64,000 bases of DNA from assembly GCA_028023455.1 (NCBI GenBank), contig JAQFVV010000001.1:33108001-33172000 (forward strand), read 5' to 3'. The DNA is from Epiperipatus broadwayi (lineage: Eukaryota; Animalia; Onychophora). A program made the translations under genes and the position numbers. Positions 25,941 through 39,100 of this stretch are shown in pieces. A model generated the notes under the pieces. The model was not told the origin of the DNA. It saw nothing but the letters and a program-made list of their open reading frames with translations, and searched no databases. Within the stretch, counting starts at the first letter, position 1. Every line of letters starts with the position of its first letter.

Positions 25941-28300
25941 AAGATTCCAGTTGAATTATTGAAGGTTGCGGCAAAAATAGCCTAAGAGAATTTATTGATA
26001 TTTATAATGCAGTTTATGATTCAAGAGAGTGATCATAGATTTTCTAACAGTTATGATTCATTTAGAAAAAAAAAAGATTATGGGGTTTTTAGAACAATTA
26101 GCTAATCTTTGTGGTTAAGTTACTATATGGATCTGCTAAAAGTCAGTAACTTTATAAAGGGTAAAGGGCTAAAATTACAAATAGAATGGTAAAAACAATA
26201 TACTGTACATATAATAACGATCGAGGTTTCTGGAGATCACGGAGTCTTACCGTATCTGCACCACAGAGCGCCTTTAGGCTACTTGAACCTAGAAAATTTA
26301 TAGAGTAGGCAGATATGCGCTGTTAAAAATCCAACTTTTACATATTTTATTCCGACTGTTAGACCATTGTCACTAGCTCAGTGAGACGCAGAGATTTATA
26401 AAATATGAATTCTTAACTAAAAATATTTTCAATATTAAAAAAATTAAAGAAGCCACTGCCAGCAATAACACATACAAACATTTATTTAATATATATAAAA
26501 TTTAGCATTATTATTTTAGTCTAACTTTATTTTTTTCAAAACATTATAACTTATTTTACTTTAGATTTTAATTTACAATTTAAGTGTTTTTATTTTATTT
26601 TAAAAAGTTCGCACAGATGAGTTTAATATTTATTAGAGTGTCGATTATGAATAGACTACATAGATTGCATTTGAAAAGAAAATATTCTGTCCCTGATTTA
26701 ACCTTAGGCCAAAGATTCGCAGCCAAACCAACGTCAATCCATCTGATATATCGATGTATTCAATGCAGTATGAATACAACAGCACAAATACCATACTGTC
26801 AGGAATGTAATCTGAACAGCATGGTTAGAAGACATTGACTCTCGTCAAGACAGGAATGCTACATCTGTCTGGTAAGAAGAACAATAAAAAAAAAACTCCA
26901 TAGGAAAGGACTGCGTTTTCCGTCTTACTATCCCCTTCCATAGGCAAAAAAGGGGGTGTGCAGCGTATAATGTGATCCTGCCCATAGCGGACCTCATACT
27001 ACATTTACTAATTACACCAATATATCCAATCGATTAACCCAATCTAACTACGGAACAAATAACCTAAGATTACCCTCCCTTAAACTAACATATCTATCTT
27101 TACAAATCTATGCAGACATTCCCGCCCGACTTAAATTTAACATTTATATAAGTTCTTTAACAGAAAAAAAAATCATAAAAACTTAAAAGAACGGAAAATA
27201 AATTAATGGAAATGATTTAACAAACAAATAATACATTCAATAAAATAATTAATAAACAATTTAGTTTGGTCAAATAGGCAATACTATTGCTATAATTTAA
27301 ATACTGGGAATGTTTTATATTTAATGTTCACGAATTTTCTAAAGTTCTTATGGTTTTAAAAGGTCCATATTTTGTAGTTGCTTGTAATTTTGAACGTGAA
27401 TTCCCACGCCGTCCTGAAGAGATTGGTATCCAATTAGCCGTTGGCCCTTTATTGTAGCTGGTATTTAATTGCTGGGCCCAGATGTCCTATAGTCCGCAAT
27501 ATGGGAAAACGATGTTTCATTTTTTTTTTTTTAGAACCACTGAAGGAATAGTGTGTCTTTCAATCCCTTCTCCAACTCTCTCCGACTTAATCCCTCTAAT
27601 TCACATCTCTTTCCTTTTATAATAAACTTTCGGATCCAGTGGACATTATGTCATGACGATGATGATCTTTTCGTTTTGGTCCGTTTCCTCAGGGATTTCT
27701 TTTATTGGCTATTAGTTTCTATTGTTTTTTCTCTCCTATCTGACCTTTTCTTATATATTTTGAAATGCCCAAGGGCTAGTTCACTTGGACTAATTAAAAT
27801 AATCATTTCCATTTTACAATAACATTAATTAATTTATTGTACAAACTTAGATATATTTTTATCTTTAAATCTTTATTGAAAATTTAGTTTTAAAATACTT
27901 TTTTTCTTCTTAATAAAGTTTTCGTTTAATAATTTTTCATCTGTGCAATTTTATATATTAGAGTTCAGATGATTTTTAATTTTCAATTTTTAATTCTTAA
28001 AAAAGTTTTTATTTGCGAATTTTTATTTTTCATGTTTAATTTTAAAAAAATAATGTAACGGCGTATGTGCCCGTTACAATATATATATATTGATTTTATT
28101 GATATTCAAAAGACATTTGATGAATGAGTTGGATTATTTTGTTGGATATATTAGAGAAGAAAGGTATAGATTGAGAAAAATACAATTTATTGAAAAATAG
28201 ATATATGAAACAAAATATAAGCTACAATAGTTTTTAGATATATGAAGAAATATAAGGCAGGGATGTATATCTTCTGTTTATTACATAATGTTATTTTAAT
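25941..28300 (+). mobile_element. Decayed RTE LINE RT (25941-26203 and 28079-~28300) split by an LTR insertion
   Basis: IPVELLK, FRTIS, FIKGKG before the insertion; YIDFIDIQKTFD and RQGCI after it, in normal RT motif order. Confidence 0.75.
26204..28078 (-). mobile_element. Solo LTR (~1.87 kb), TGTAAC...TGTACA
   Basis: TG..CA ends; flanks ATAC (26200-26203) and ATAT (28079-28082); interrupts a continuous RTE RT; terminal hairpin 28054-28078. Confidence 0.65.
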
Positions 28301-28984
28301 CCTTTTGTAAGTCATTTTCTTACATGTGCTATTTGATTGATTCTATGTAAGTCTTCAAGTATAGTTTTTAAAAAAATTATATTTTTTATATTTATATGTT
28401 CATATTATATATATATCAAAATAAAAATAAAATTGGAAATATTTTTGTTACTTTACTGATGTTGATTTAGAACAAACACAAAATACGTATGCCTTTCGTT
28501 TTGAGTAGTAAATTTCTAAAAATTAGTAAAAAAAAAAAGCCTAATATATAATTTAAAATATTTAGTTTTAAAAAAATTACATATTAAACACTTTTAAGTA
28601 TTATTCCAGAAGCTAAAAAATATACTTACTTGATTATATCAAACTTTATCCAAAAAACGGGCTTACTTGAAATTGCTTCATTGTACTTGCTTTAATACTA
28701 TCAAAAGAAATTTTCTCCAACAATGCATACCATTTTATTTTTTTTCTTAGTATTAGTAATTCCTTCTGTTTGACTAAATCTACAACTGTAATTTTCAAAT
28801 AATTAAAAATAATACTAAAAGTGATAAAAAGTATGTATAGAGCTCTTAAAATGACATTTTGCACTAGGATTATTAAAAAATGTTAAATATATCTACATGG
28901 GATATAAGGTGAAAGAATTAATAAGAATGGCGGGGAGTAATTCTTTTAATTGGAGCACAAAAAATATAATTCACTAAGTTTTTT

Positions 28985-29541
28985 AAATTTATTAAGCACA
29001 AGCAGATATAAAAATAACGTGAAAGGCTAAAACCTTCAACAGATGTGCTTTAAAAATGCTTATGTGACAGCCAATCAGATGTAATAATGACTGCACGTGG
29101 AACTCTCAATTCAAAAACATAAGCCAGAAATACGAGAAAAAGATGGAACTCACCTTCTTCTCTACTTAAATTTATATATAAATAAGCCAGACTCTAGCAT
29201 TCCAAACTAAAAACGTGAAGCTTAAAACACCTTCACATTTAATTCACTAAATATTATATATAAATAAACAACATGAAATCTTTGGATTTACTATGAAGCA
29301 ATTTTCAAATCTAATGAAATGATAGTAACAAATGTAAATAAATTAAATTTATTAAGCGCAAGCAGATGATATAATAATAACGTGAAAGGCTAAAACCTTT
29401 GACAGATGCGCTTTAAAAATGCTTAGGTGTCTTGTGTTTTTGAATTGAGAGTTCCACATGCAGTCATTATTACATCTGACTGGCTGTCACAAGCATTTTT
29501 TAAAGTGCATCTGTCAAAGGTTTTTAGTCTTTCACCTTATT
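28985..29541. repeat. Non-autonomous element with a direct repeat (28985/29345) and 107-bp inverted arms (29013-29119 vs 29435-29541)
   Basis: Sequence comparison; shares a CAGCCAATCA motif with the 40534 palindrome; a fragment also occurs at ~5351-5370. Confidence 0.8.
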
Positions 29542-31052
29542 AAGTTTTTTAGGAAAAAAGTATTAAAAATAAAAGATTTGGTTTTAAAGTGTTTGGATTT
29601 ATCTAAGGAAGAAAAACACATGGATATCTTATTTTGAGGATGAATGTTGAAAAATTATTTTTTAAATAACCGATGTTGATTGATGACTGTTTGTATGTAA
29701 AAACGGAATTGCATTATCTTGTAATACAATAATGAAAATGTATTACAGTTGTTTCCTATATGTGTGCACTGCCTTTTATTCCAAGGAGCAAATAATATTT
29801 TATTTATTAAACTATCCTGTATGAATACAGTACTATTCAACATAGTCATAACATGCATAAAAATATGCAGTGTATCTATAATACAACTTAATATAAAGAT
29901 TACAACATGATTACAAATTAAGGTTACCAACAAAAATAATATAAAAAAAATAAGATAGTGTACTTGTGAAAAAGTGAAAAAATAAATTGAAATCACATAT
30001 TTACTTGCATGAGAATGCTTGCTTTTAATGAAAAAAAAATAACTTGCTGTATCATCTTTTTTCCAATACTTTTTTAAAATATTGCATTTGTTTTTCTTTT
30101 CATTATTTCATGAATAATTGATTCCATGTAAATATAAATAACAGAGGTTGGAATATGACATTTTTTTCTTTATAATTAATAATTTTGATTTTAACATTTA
30201 AAGAAAGAATTTTGGGAATTTTTTTTATGGTTCATTACTGTATGCTTTGAAGTCATTTCAAATAAAATTTGGTGGAGGGGGGAAGCGAATTTAATATAAT
30301 TTATATAGCTGTGATAGAATGAGAATACACAAGTGTGTGAAGTGAGACTTGCAAAAGTCTTAAGAAAATGGCTGTTGAATATGTGTGTGTGTAGTTACCC
30401 TTTTCTGATTAATTTATAAATTTTAGTATTTTTTTTTTGGATAATGAATAATTGAAGTAGTAGATGCTGAGACAACTTCACTAAACATATGTTTAACACA
30501 CATAATTATGATAGTTTTAATTTTAATAATTGTAATCTTTAAGACATAAACAAAAGAGTATAAGGTTTACAGCCTTAGTAAATATTACTTACGTAATCAT
30601 TCAATGCATTCAATGTGCGTTTAAATAAATTTATAATGCCATTATATATTTTTTTAAAGTCTATAATAATAACTAAGAGAGTTAATTATATGACTAATTG
30701 CAAGATAAGGAAATGACCCAGAGAGAAGATTTACGAATGCATAACATTTTTGAATCCATTTATGAATAAGTTTTTTTTTATTTATTTTTTTAATCTATAG
30801 ACTATTGAAACCGTGGATGGTATGTCAAAGGATATGACAAACTACTGTATTGTAATTAAAGAAGAGTGAATATTTCTTTTTTAAAACTATATTTTTCTAG
30901 TGCATGTTCTCTGAAAGTTTGTGATGACATTTTCCTTATAATTTATATGTCGGACTATTTCCATCATTTAAAATTAATTGTTGAATGTCTTTAGAAAAAT
31001 TCAAACTTTATTTAAACTTTTCAAATATGTTCAACTGTTAGTAGTATATTAT

Positions 31053-31362
31053 ATTTAGAGTAGTAATATTCTTGTTATTTAGATGTTGCTAATAACATGG
31101 GAATTGAATCTGTGGCTTTAGATTCATGGATACTGAATTTAATGTGATTCTAACCAACTGGGCCATTTTATAGTGTGTGTATGTAAAATAATTTGAAATT
31201 AAATTACATTTAGAGTAATAATATTCTTGTTATTTAGATGTTGCTAGTAACATGGGAATCGAATCTGTGGCTTTTTTAGATTCATGGATACTGAATGTAA
31301 TGTGACTAACCAACTAGGCTATTCTATGATGTGTGCATGTAAAATAGTTTGAAATTAAATTG
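31053..31362 (-). repeat. Tandem duplication (155-bp unit) containing a decayed tRNA-derived SINE head
   Basis: Two colinear copies (31053, 31208); on - an A-box TGGCCCAGTTGG (31165-31154) and a B-box-like AGATTCAATTCC (31111-31100). Confidence 0.65.
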
Positions 31363-32197
31363 TGCTAAGTATTAACTATTTTATTTATATCCTAATAGTT
31401 ATAATTAACTAATTTAACAAAATGCTGTAATAGTATTAAGACAAAAGTCTACAATCTCATTCAAATGAAAAATTGGTGAATTATTTTTATATTATTATTT
31501 TTATGTTTATTTTAATTCATAATTATTATTTAATAAAATAAATAAAATGAATGTATAATTTTTAAAAATTTTGATAGAATGAAAGATTTTTACTTTCCGT
31601 AATATTTAAAACAACTTTCATTACAAAGTAGTGTGCTACAATGAAGAATGTTACAATGTTGTAATAAATATTTTTTTTTTTTACAACTACCAACAAATAA
31701 TTTTTATCAATAAAATCAGGAATGTAGCAAATTTGTATTTATTCCATGTCACGACATTCCTTTTTGATTACTGTGTCAGTTATTATTGTATTTACAATTT
31801 GTAATGTTCAAACATCAATTTAGTTCAGTTATCTGCCTATTTGTGCTTCTAATAATAGAAATATAATTGTTTTGCTTTTTAATTTTGGTCATTAGCTGGC
31901 AAAATAATGAGAAAACTAATTGCTTAGGTATTAAGCAAGATTGATTATGCCTTTCATGAATGTAAGATTTTTTTTAATGCTTTTATGGAAATTTTGATTA
32001 TAGTTTTCTCTAAAGAAAGCTTATGTATGCTTTTCATGTGTATAATTTTTCATACTTTTATTATGAAAAGTTTGATTATAATTGTCATTAAAAGGTTGTT
32101 ATGCTTTTCAAATTCATGTTTACGGTAATTAAAATTTAAATAAGCTTATATTATACTACTACTTTTGATTTTGTATTATATCTATCAATTTCAAAGG

Positions 32198-32359
32198 TTT
32201 ATGTTGGATGGTAAATTTATTTTAGGCTGTGTTCCTATAATGTAATTACCCTTAAATAGGTATATTACACTATATTATTTCACTTTAGTGAAATATACAT
32301 ATTTAAGCATAATCTATTACAGGAACACAGCCTAGAATAAATTTACCATCCAACATAAA
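32198..32359. repeat. Hairpin/MITE-like foldback with 44-bp arms and an inner 8-bp hairpin
   Basis: Arms 32198-32241 and 32316-32359 with 2 mismatches; TATTTCAC-TTTA-GTGAAATA in the loop. Confidence 0.8.
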
Positions 32360-34624
32360 TTTTTGATATCGACAGATATGTTGGAACGAATTGTTATTAA
32401 AATGAGTGAGATTTGTTGTATCTTAAATTCAGCTTTATAACAGCATTCTTTCTAGTATTTGCAACTTAGTTTGTAAAAAAAAACCATATAAAGAATAGTA
32501 TTCAAAAGAAAATGACATTTTAGCTAATGAATTTATTATTTATAAGAAGCAGACTAATCTGATTTCTTAATATTTTAAATATTTAAACAAATAAGTTATA
32601 TATTTGTAGTTCATGTAGAAATATATAAAAATAGACTTATTTAAATATGTGCTATAAGATCATAATAAGTTTAACAAAACTATGGCTAGAAAAAGTGTAT
32701 AATTGTAAGTGAAGAAAAATCATTTGTTATTATTAGTGTGAGAAATATCAGATCAGTTTTATTCATTTACCGCCATATTAATTATTTATAAATTTATTAG
32801 ATGTAATCTTCACAATAAGTTTATGTGCTGTCAAAAATATTGTTTCATAACTGATGAGTGCTGGTTCAGCACAAAATACTAATATTGTAGATTTTTCTCT
32901 TTTTACGTGTATGGTCATGTGTAGTCGTTATATGGGATAGAGGGGATAGTTGGGGATTTTGAAAATTTGTGTTCAAATTCCCTATATTATATTGAAATTC
33001 CAAATACACGAATTATGCTTGTATTTCAAAAATAGTTGAGAAAATATAATTATAAAAACAACAAAAAAATAGGCATTTTTAAATTATTAAGTTTGAATTT
33101 GTTTTTGTTAATTTTAATATTTAAATTTTAATATAGGAATTTTGTTAGTAAGTTCAATAAAATTTGATGAAATTATGATTAAAATACATGTCTTTTTGTG
33201 ATAATGGCAGAATTTTCTGATTTCAGTTTCAGGCCATGATTCATCTTAAAGTGAAAGTTTATGTTAGGGAATTATTTCTTTTATAAGAAAATAAATATTA
33301 GATTATATAATAATTTGTTTTCAAATGTTTATTAAATAATAAATAGCATTAATAAATTATAATTTAAAAGTGCAAATACATGTAAAATAATACAAATGCA
33401 TTTATACTCATAGGCTTTACATCCATATTCATAAGCTTCTCACACACATATTTATAAGCTAACTTATATAAGTAATTTTGTAGAAAAAATTTATTGAGAC
33501 ACTTGTCTTTAATATAAATTAATATTAAAAAAATATAATTAATTTTTATATACTTTTTATATCTACCAATTTCTTTTAAGATGTTTATTCATAAATTCTC
33601 AATCATTTTTTTTATTTTTTATATAGAAATATCTTTACAAAAATAGTTCAATTATAAAAAAAATAAACTATATGAACTAGACAAATGCAATTTCAATCAT
33701 TTTATTGGAAATTGAGTTGTCTTTCAGATGAAATCTCATATGCGTATGTGGTATAAACAGTTTTTTTTTACATTTAAAAGTGGGAGGCATACGAAATTAC
33801 TGATGTTCACTTTTAAAATGTGAATTGTGGCAAGATTTTAATAAATACTTAATTATTTTGTTATAAGTAATTGGTTAATTGTTGCATTTTTTTGGTTTTT
33901 AGAAAATTGTATAATTCTGCTGATAGTTGCAATATCTTTATTAATAATTTAGTGGAATGCATTTAGTTTAAATTACAATTTAAAAGTAGTGAAAACTTAA
34001 AAATAGCTCATTTTATATGTTTTTTAAATAGTAATAGTCATCATAATGGCACAATGAAATTTGTATTTCCATTATTTTATGTATCGAGTCCATGTTTACA
34101 TTGATTTCTCTCTGATTATGCTATTTCTTCAATGTTTCAAGGTGGGTTTTTATAGAAAATGAAGTATTATAGATAGATTTAAGTAATATAATGAAAAAGT
34201 TTGCTTGTTAAATATAATAAAAATACATTAGAAATATCTTGTAAAAAATATTTTTTTTAACTATCTCATTTTTGTTGTCATATACATAGAGAAAAACATT
34301 GTTATATGTATTTATTTAGTATATCAATATCTTCCATTTTTGTTATTGATCTAAGAGCTAGGTCATTGAAAGAGAATTCTAAAAAGCTGTTTGCACAAAG
34401 GCACCTTACATATCAACATTGGTTATGTTGATAACTGCTGAATTGGCGATACTGAATTGATTACAAATAATAGGACATAAATACTTTGTATACACGAATT
34501 TTTTTGCAAAATTAATACAAATTCAAACTTTTCCAAAAATATTTGAACTACTAAGTGATCTTGTGATAAATAAACAAATTAACAACACTTAAAATATTTA
34601 GTGAATTTATTATATACTTTAGAT

Positions 34625-36198
34625 CAGTGGTCTTCAACCTTTTCACACATGCGGACTGGCAAAAATAAGGATAAGATTTCACGGACCGGCAGAAGTTTTG
34701 CAGATAAATTTTCTTAAAGATGTAACCTGCTTAGCCTTAGATAAGCATAATTGTTATAACTGATCAAAACAGCACACTAGTTATTGTAAATTGTAATGGT
34801 GTTGCTTACCTTCACATGCTGAACACTCTTTCTCGGGTTGCACAGTCATACTGCTACAGAAAACAGTACAATAACAATGATTCTCATTAATGTGCTTGCA
34901 TTTCTACTTTAGTATTTAATTGTCAAAACATGCAAGAATAAAATGTTATTCACCTGAATGTTGGGAAGTATCACAGGTAGTGTAATTACATGACAATGAT
35001 TATGATAAATGTAATATCTGTATTTAATGTTAAATATACAAGATGAAGTTATATATATATGGAGGTTATCTTTTGATAGTAGTAAGGGCAAAATAGAAAT
35101 CGCATAATTGAAATCACCGTACCGCCAAAAAAAAAGTCACCGTATTTTAAATCTGAAAAAATAAAACAAAACGTGTAAAAGTCTGAAGTTTTGATGTTAT
35201 TATAATTTTTTTGTGTGGCGGGTGTGTTGAATTGATCAAAAAATGTAATTAATAGGAAAAGTTTTTTTAAAAAATGGCAAAATAGACACTGCGTTATAGA
35301 AATAAAGCCAAAAAAAAAAAAATCGCCATATAGTCGCCGTCTTTTAAAAAAAGACAACGAAAGTTGAAAAAGTCAAAAGTTTTGATCTTATTTTAATTTT
35401 TTTTTGGGAGGGGAGGGGGAGTGGGTTGAGAAATACTTTGTCATCACTGTGACAAAAGGTAGAGACCAAAGTTATTTTTTGTTTGTTTTTATTTTTAAAA
35501 AAAGGTAACAGAAATTGGTTTTAAAAATAAAAGTTTTAGTATATCAATGGTATACAAATAAAGGCAAAAAAGATATCGCCTTATAGACTAAAAAAAGTGG
35601 CCGTATTTTTAAACAAAAAAAAAGAAAACTGAAACTTGAAAAAGTCAAAAGTTTTGATCTTACTTTATTTTGGGGTGTTGGGGGTGTATTGAGAAATACT
35701 TTGTAAAAGTTAGAGACAGAACTTATTTTTTGGTTTTTATTTTTAAAAAAAGATAATAAAAATTGATTTCAAAAATAAAAATTAAAGCCAAAAAAAAAAT
35801 CGCCGTATAGCCAAAAAAAAAACCTTACTAAAAATGAAGTATTTTTAAAGAGAGTAGAAAAAATTTTAAGAGATCAAAAAAAGTCACGTTACATTTTGTT
35901 TTAACAACGCCAACAAGCGGCCGTGATTGGCTATCAAAAGACAGCCGGAGTTTGTATAAGAAAAACTTTTTTCTACCCCCCCTCCCCACAAACATCTGTG
36001 ATAAATAGAAAAACAAATTAATTTACGTATGACTGATTAGATTTTGTTTTTGTTCTGTTTCTTTTTTTTAATGGGGTAAAAATAAGTTTAAAATCTTATC
36101 ATTTTGTTATTACAAACTTTCTTACCAGTCTAGCGTGGACCGGCAGAAAACTTCTGTGGCCCGGCGCTGGTCCGCGGACCAGTGGTTGAAGACCACTG
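34625..36198. mobile_element. Non-autonomous hAT (Buster/Charlie-type) element
   Basis: 15-bp TIR CAGTGGTCTTCAACC / GGTTGAAGACCACTG; 8-bp TSD CTTTAGAT/CTTTAGAC with central TA; subterminal GGACCGGC-type repeats. Confidence 0.9.
35061..35950. mobile_element. Nested non-autonomous element with ~16-bp imperfect inverted ends and an internal ~250-bp tandem array
   Basis: ggttatcttttgatag versus ctatcaaaagacagcc; gccaaaaaaa..atcgcc..tatag repeated three times; gaaaaagtcaaaagttttgatctta repeated twice. Confidence 0.55.
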
Positions 36199-39100
36199 CT
36201 TTAGACCAAAACTATCTTATATAATAAAAACACCATATTTATTATTACACATACAAAACCAAGAAAAGATTTTATAATTTTTTTTTTTTTGTTGTCTTAA
36301 AAAATATTAAAATACAATAGCATTGTATCACTGAAGGAGATAATTATATAGTTTGAATTTGTCAGAAAAAATTAAATAACAATTATTAGAAATTAATATT
36401 TAGAGTTATAAATCTGCTCAAATAAGATTTGACATCTCTAATCTTTATGAACTTTTCCTTATAAAATAGTTACACTTATTTTTTCAAGATTTGTATAATC
36501 TCTTTCAAAAACTTAGAAATTTTGCAACAATAATAGTTTTAGTGCGTATTTTCTATTATTGTAATTTTTTCAACTTTATATTTTCATAACAATTGCATTA
36601 AGACATTTTGCACATTTATATGGTATTTTTAATATGTATTTTCTATTTCTTATTATTTTTTTGCATATAGGAGAAAATATTTAAAATTGCCATCATTTGT
36701 ATTCATATCATTGAGATTATTCATTTAACAATATATCTGTTGAAGAATATATTTTCAAAGAAACAGATCTTTATTTACTTCAGTTCTCTTATTGTAAAAA
36801 AACTAATTCATATCTAAGTTATATGCAAGCAATTTCAATATTTTGTTCCAAGATTGGGAAATCCATTAAAATTGAGTCATTTCTAATGAGGAACAAAAAT
36901 TATCAGGAAATGAACTAAAATATTTATAAATGTTGAAGTGTAGGGTTGTTTTACAGAACAGTCATTCTTTTTAATGTAGATAATTTATATTGTCCAATTT
37001 GTATAATGTATTTTTTTTTGTAGTTTTTTTCCTTGACATTTCTAGGATCATATTACCTTTTTTTCTTAGTCTATTTGTTGTCTTTTGCTGTAGCTGAATT
37101 ATTATTTTTCCAGATTATTATTTTATATGACACAAATAAAAAGTATATTTTAGATTTTTGGTAGAACTAGCGAAAAGGTATTGTAATAGCAAGATGTATT
37201 TAAATAAGAAATCAGAAAGAGACAAATGTTGAGATTAAAATTATTGTACAAGCTCAACCTATTTGATAAATTTTTTATACAAGATATCTATCTACAAATG
37301 TGAAACAAATTTTTTTTTATTTCTTTACAAAATGAGGAATATGAATATACTTTTTTTTGACTAGCTAAGTCCATTTATCATAACATAAAATTATATATTT
37401 ATATGACAACCGATGCGTCAATGTACTTAAACATTATTTGTATGTCGTTATGCTATTATAAATTTGGGTGATAATTGCAAAATTGAAGTTATAAGACTTA
37501 GTTTCCTTGTTAATACATCAAATGATGAATTATGTACAGTTATGATTTCAAAACATTTTTAAATTATATATTTTTTTTAATTAAAAATTTTCTAAATTAT
37601 AAATAAAAACATAACATAACTTAATAAGTCTTTTATTTTGTTCTATGAATAACATTGAAATTAATTAATAAAAATACTGGAAAATTTAATTGAATATAAA
37701 ACAATTAAAGGAAATGAACTAGCAAAGGAAATGTACATACATTTTTTAAAAATGAATTGCAATTAAATAAATATTAAAAAAATATTGTTTATTTAAATTA
37801 ATTTAAGACATTACTTAGCTAAAAGTTATCATGTATGGATATTAGATGTAAATACTTGCATGTATGAATGTGTTTGTTTTACTCATGCATTCATTATAAC
37901 ATGCTTCAGTGAGTTACAATATCTGAAATAAGCAACTTTTTTTTTTGCTTTGCATCATATATTTCATTTTAGTTGTGCCATGACAAATCTTAACAGATAA
38001 TTAATTTCATTATTTTTACATCAAAATTTAAATATAATAAACTGTGTTGTTGTCTTAATACTATAATTCATATATATTTGCACTCACTACTTCTTAAATT
38101 TCACATAAATTAACATTATTGTTTCATACATAATAATTTTTTTTAGTGATGTATTACTATCAAGTTAGCCAATCATTTTGTGGAAATTTTTCATTTCCAA
38201 TGTAAAATCAATATATAAAAAAAATATAATAAAGATTATTACATTAAAGTGTAAAAAAAAAAAAAAATTCCAAACAAGCCATTTTTAATAATTGGCTATG
38301 TAGGTTGAACATTCATTCAAATAATTGTAATAGTAAAAAAGGAAAATGCTTAAAAAGTATTCCTGCATTTGTTTCTACAAAAGATTGATGATTAAAAAAA
38401 ATTAAATTTAAACAATATTAATTGGACAAAATTAAATACACTTTATTAACACCTTATAAATGTTATTTTAGTATATATTAATTTAAAAAGCAATATTTTA
38501 AATAAAAATAAATTTAATAAAATTAAACATGATTTGCTAGTTAAATTTATAGTTTATTAGCAAATATTGCTTTAAAATTAAAAAAATAAATAAATCTAAA
38601 TTTATTATTTGCATTTACATAATTGTAAAGAAATTTTATGTTGCATACTTATTTTATATGCTGACAAATTAATTATCTTTGGACATGTATACTGACAAAA
38701 GTGATTGGTTATTAGATTATTCACTATCATTGTTTTTCTGTTGACATTTTAAGAATGAATATGTAGCACAGCAAGTTTTATTCCATTTTCATATTTTATG
38801 TACAATAGAAAATTGAAAACTTAATTTGATTCAATTTTATAACAATTCAATTTTTTTAAAATAAAGTTTATATAAATTATAGTTTCGCATGTTTGATATA
38901 CTATGATGGTGGATATAAAACTGACCAGATATATGACAGTTCTTTATTTTGTTTGAATATTAAATTATTTTTTGAGGGTAAATATAGAACATAAAATTTA
39001 AAACTTTTTGCTTTTATATTTCTTACACAGTTGAGAATAAATAATCAGATTTAATTTTGAACAGTTCTATTGTTTTCATAAGTCAGTTTATGTATATTGT

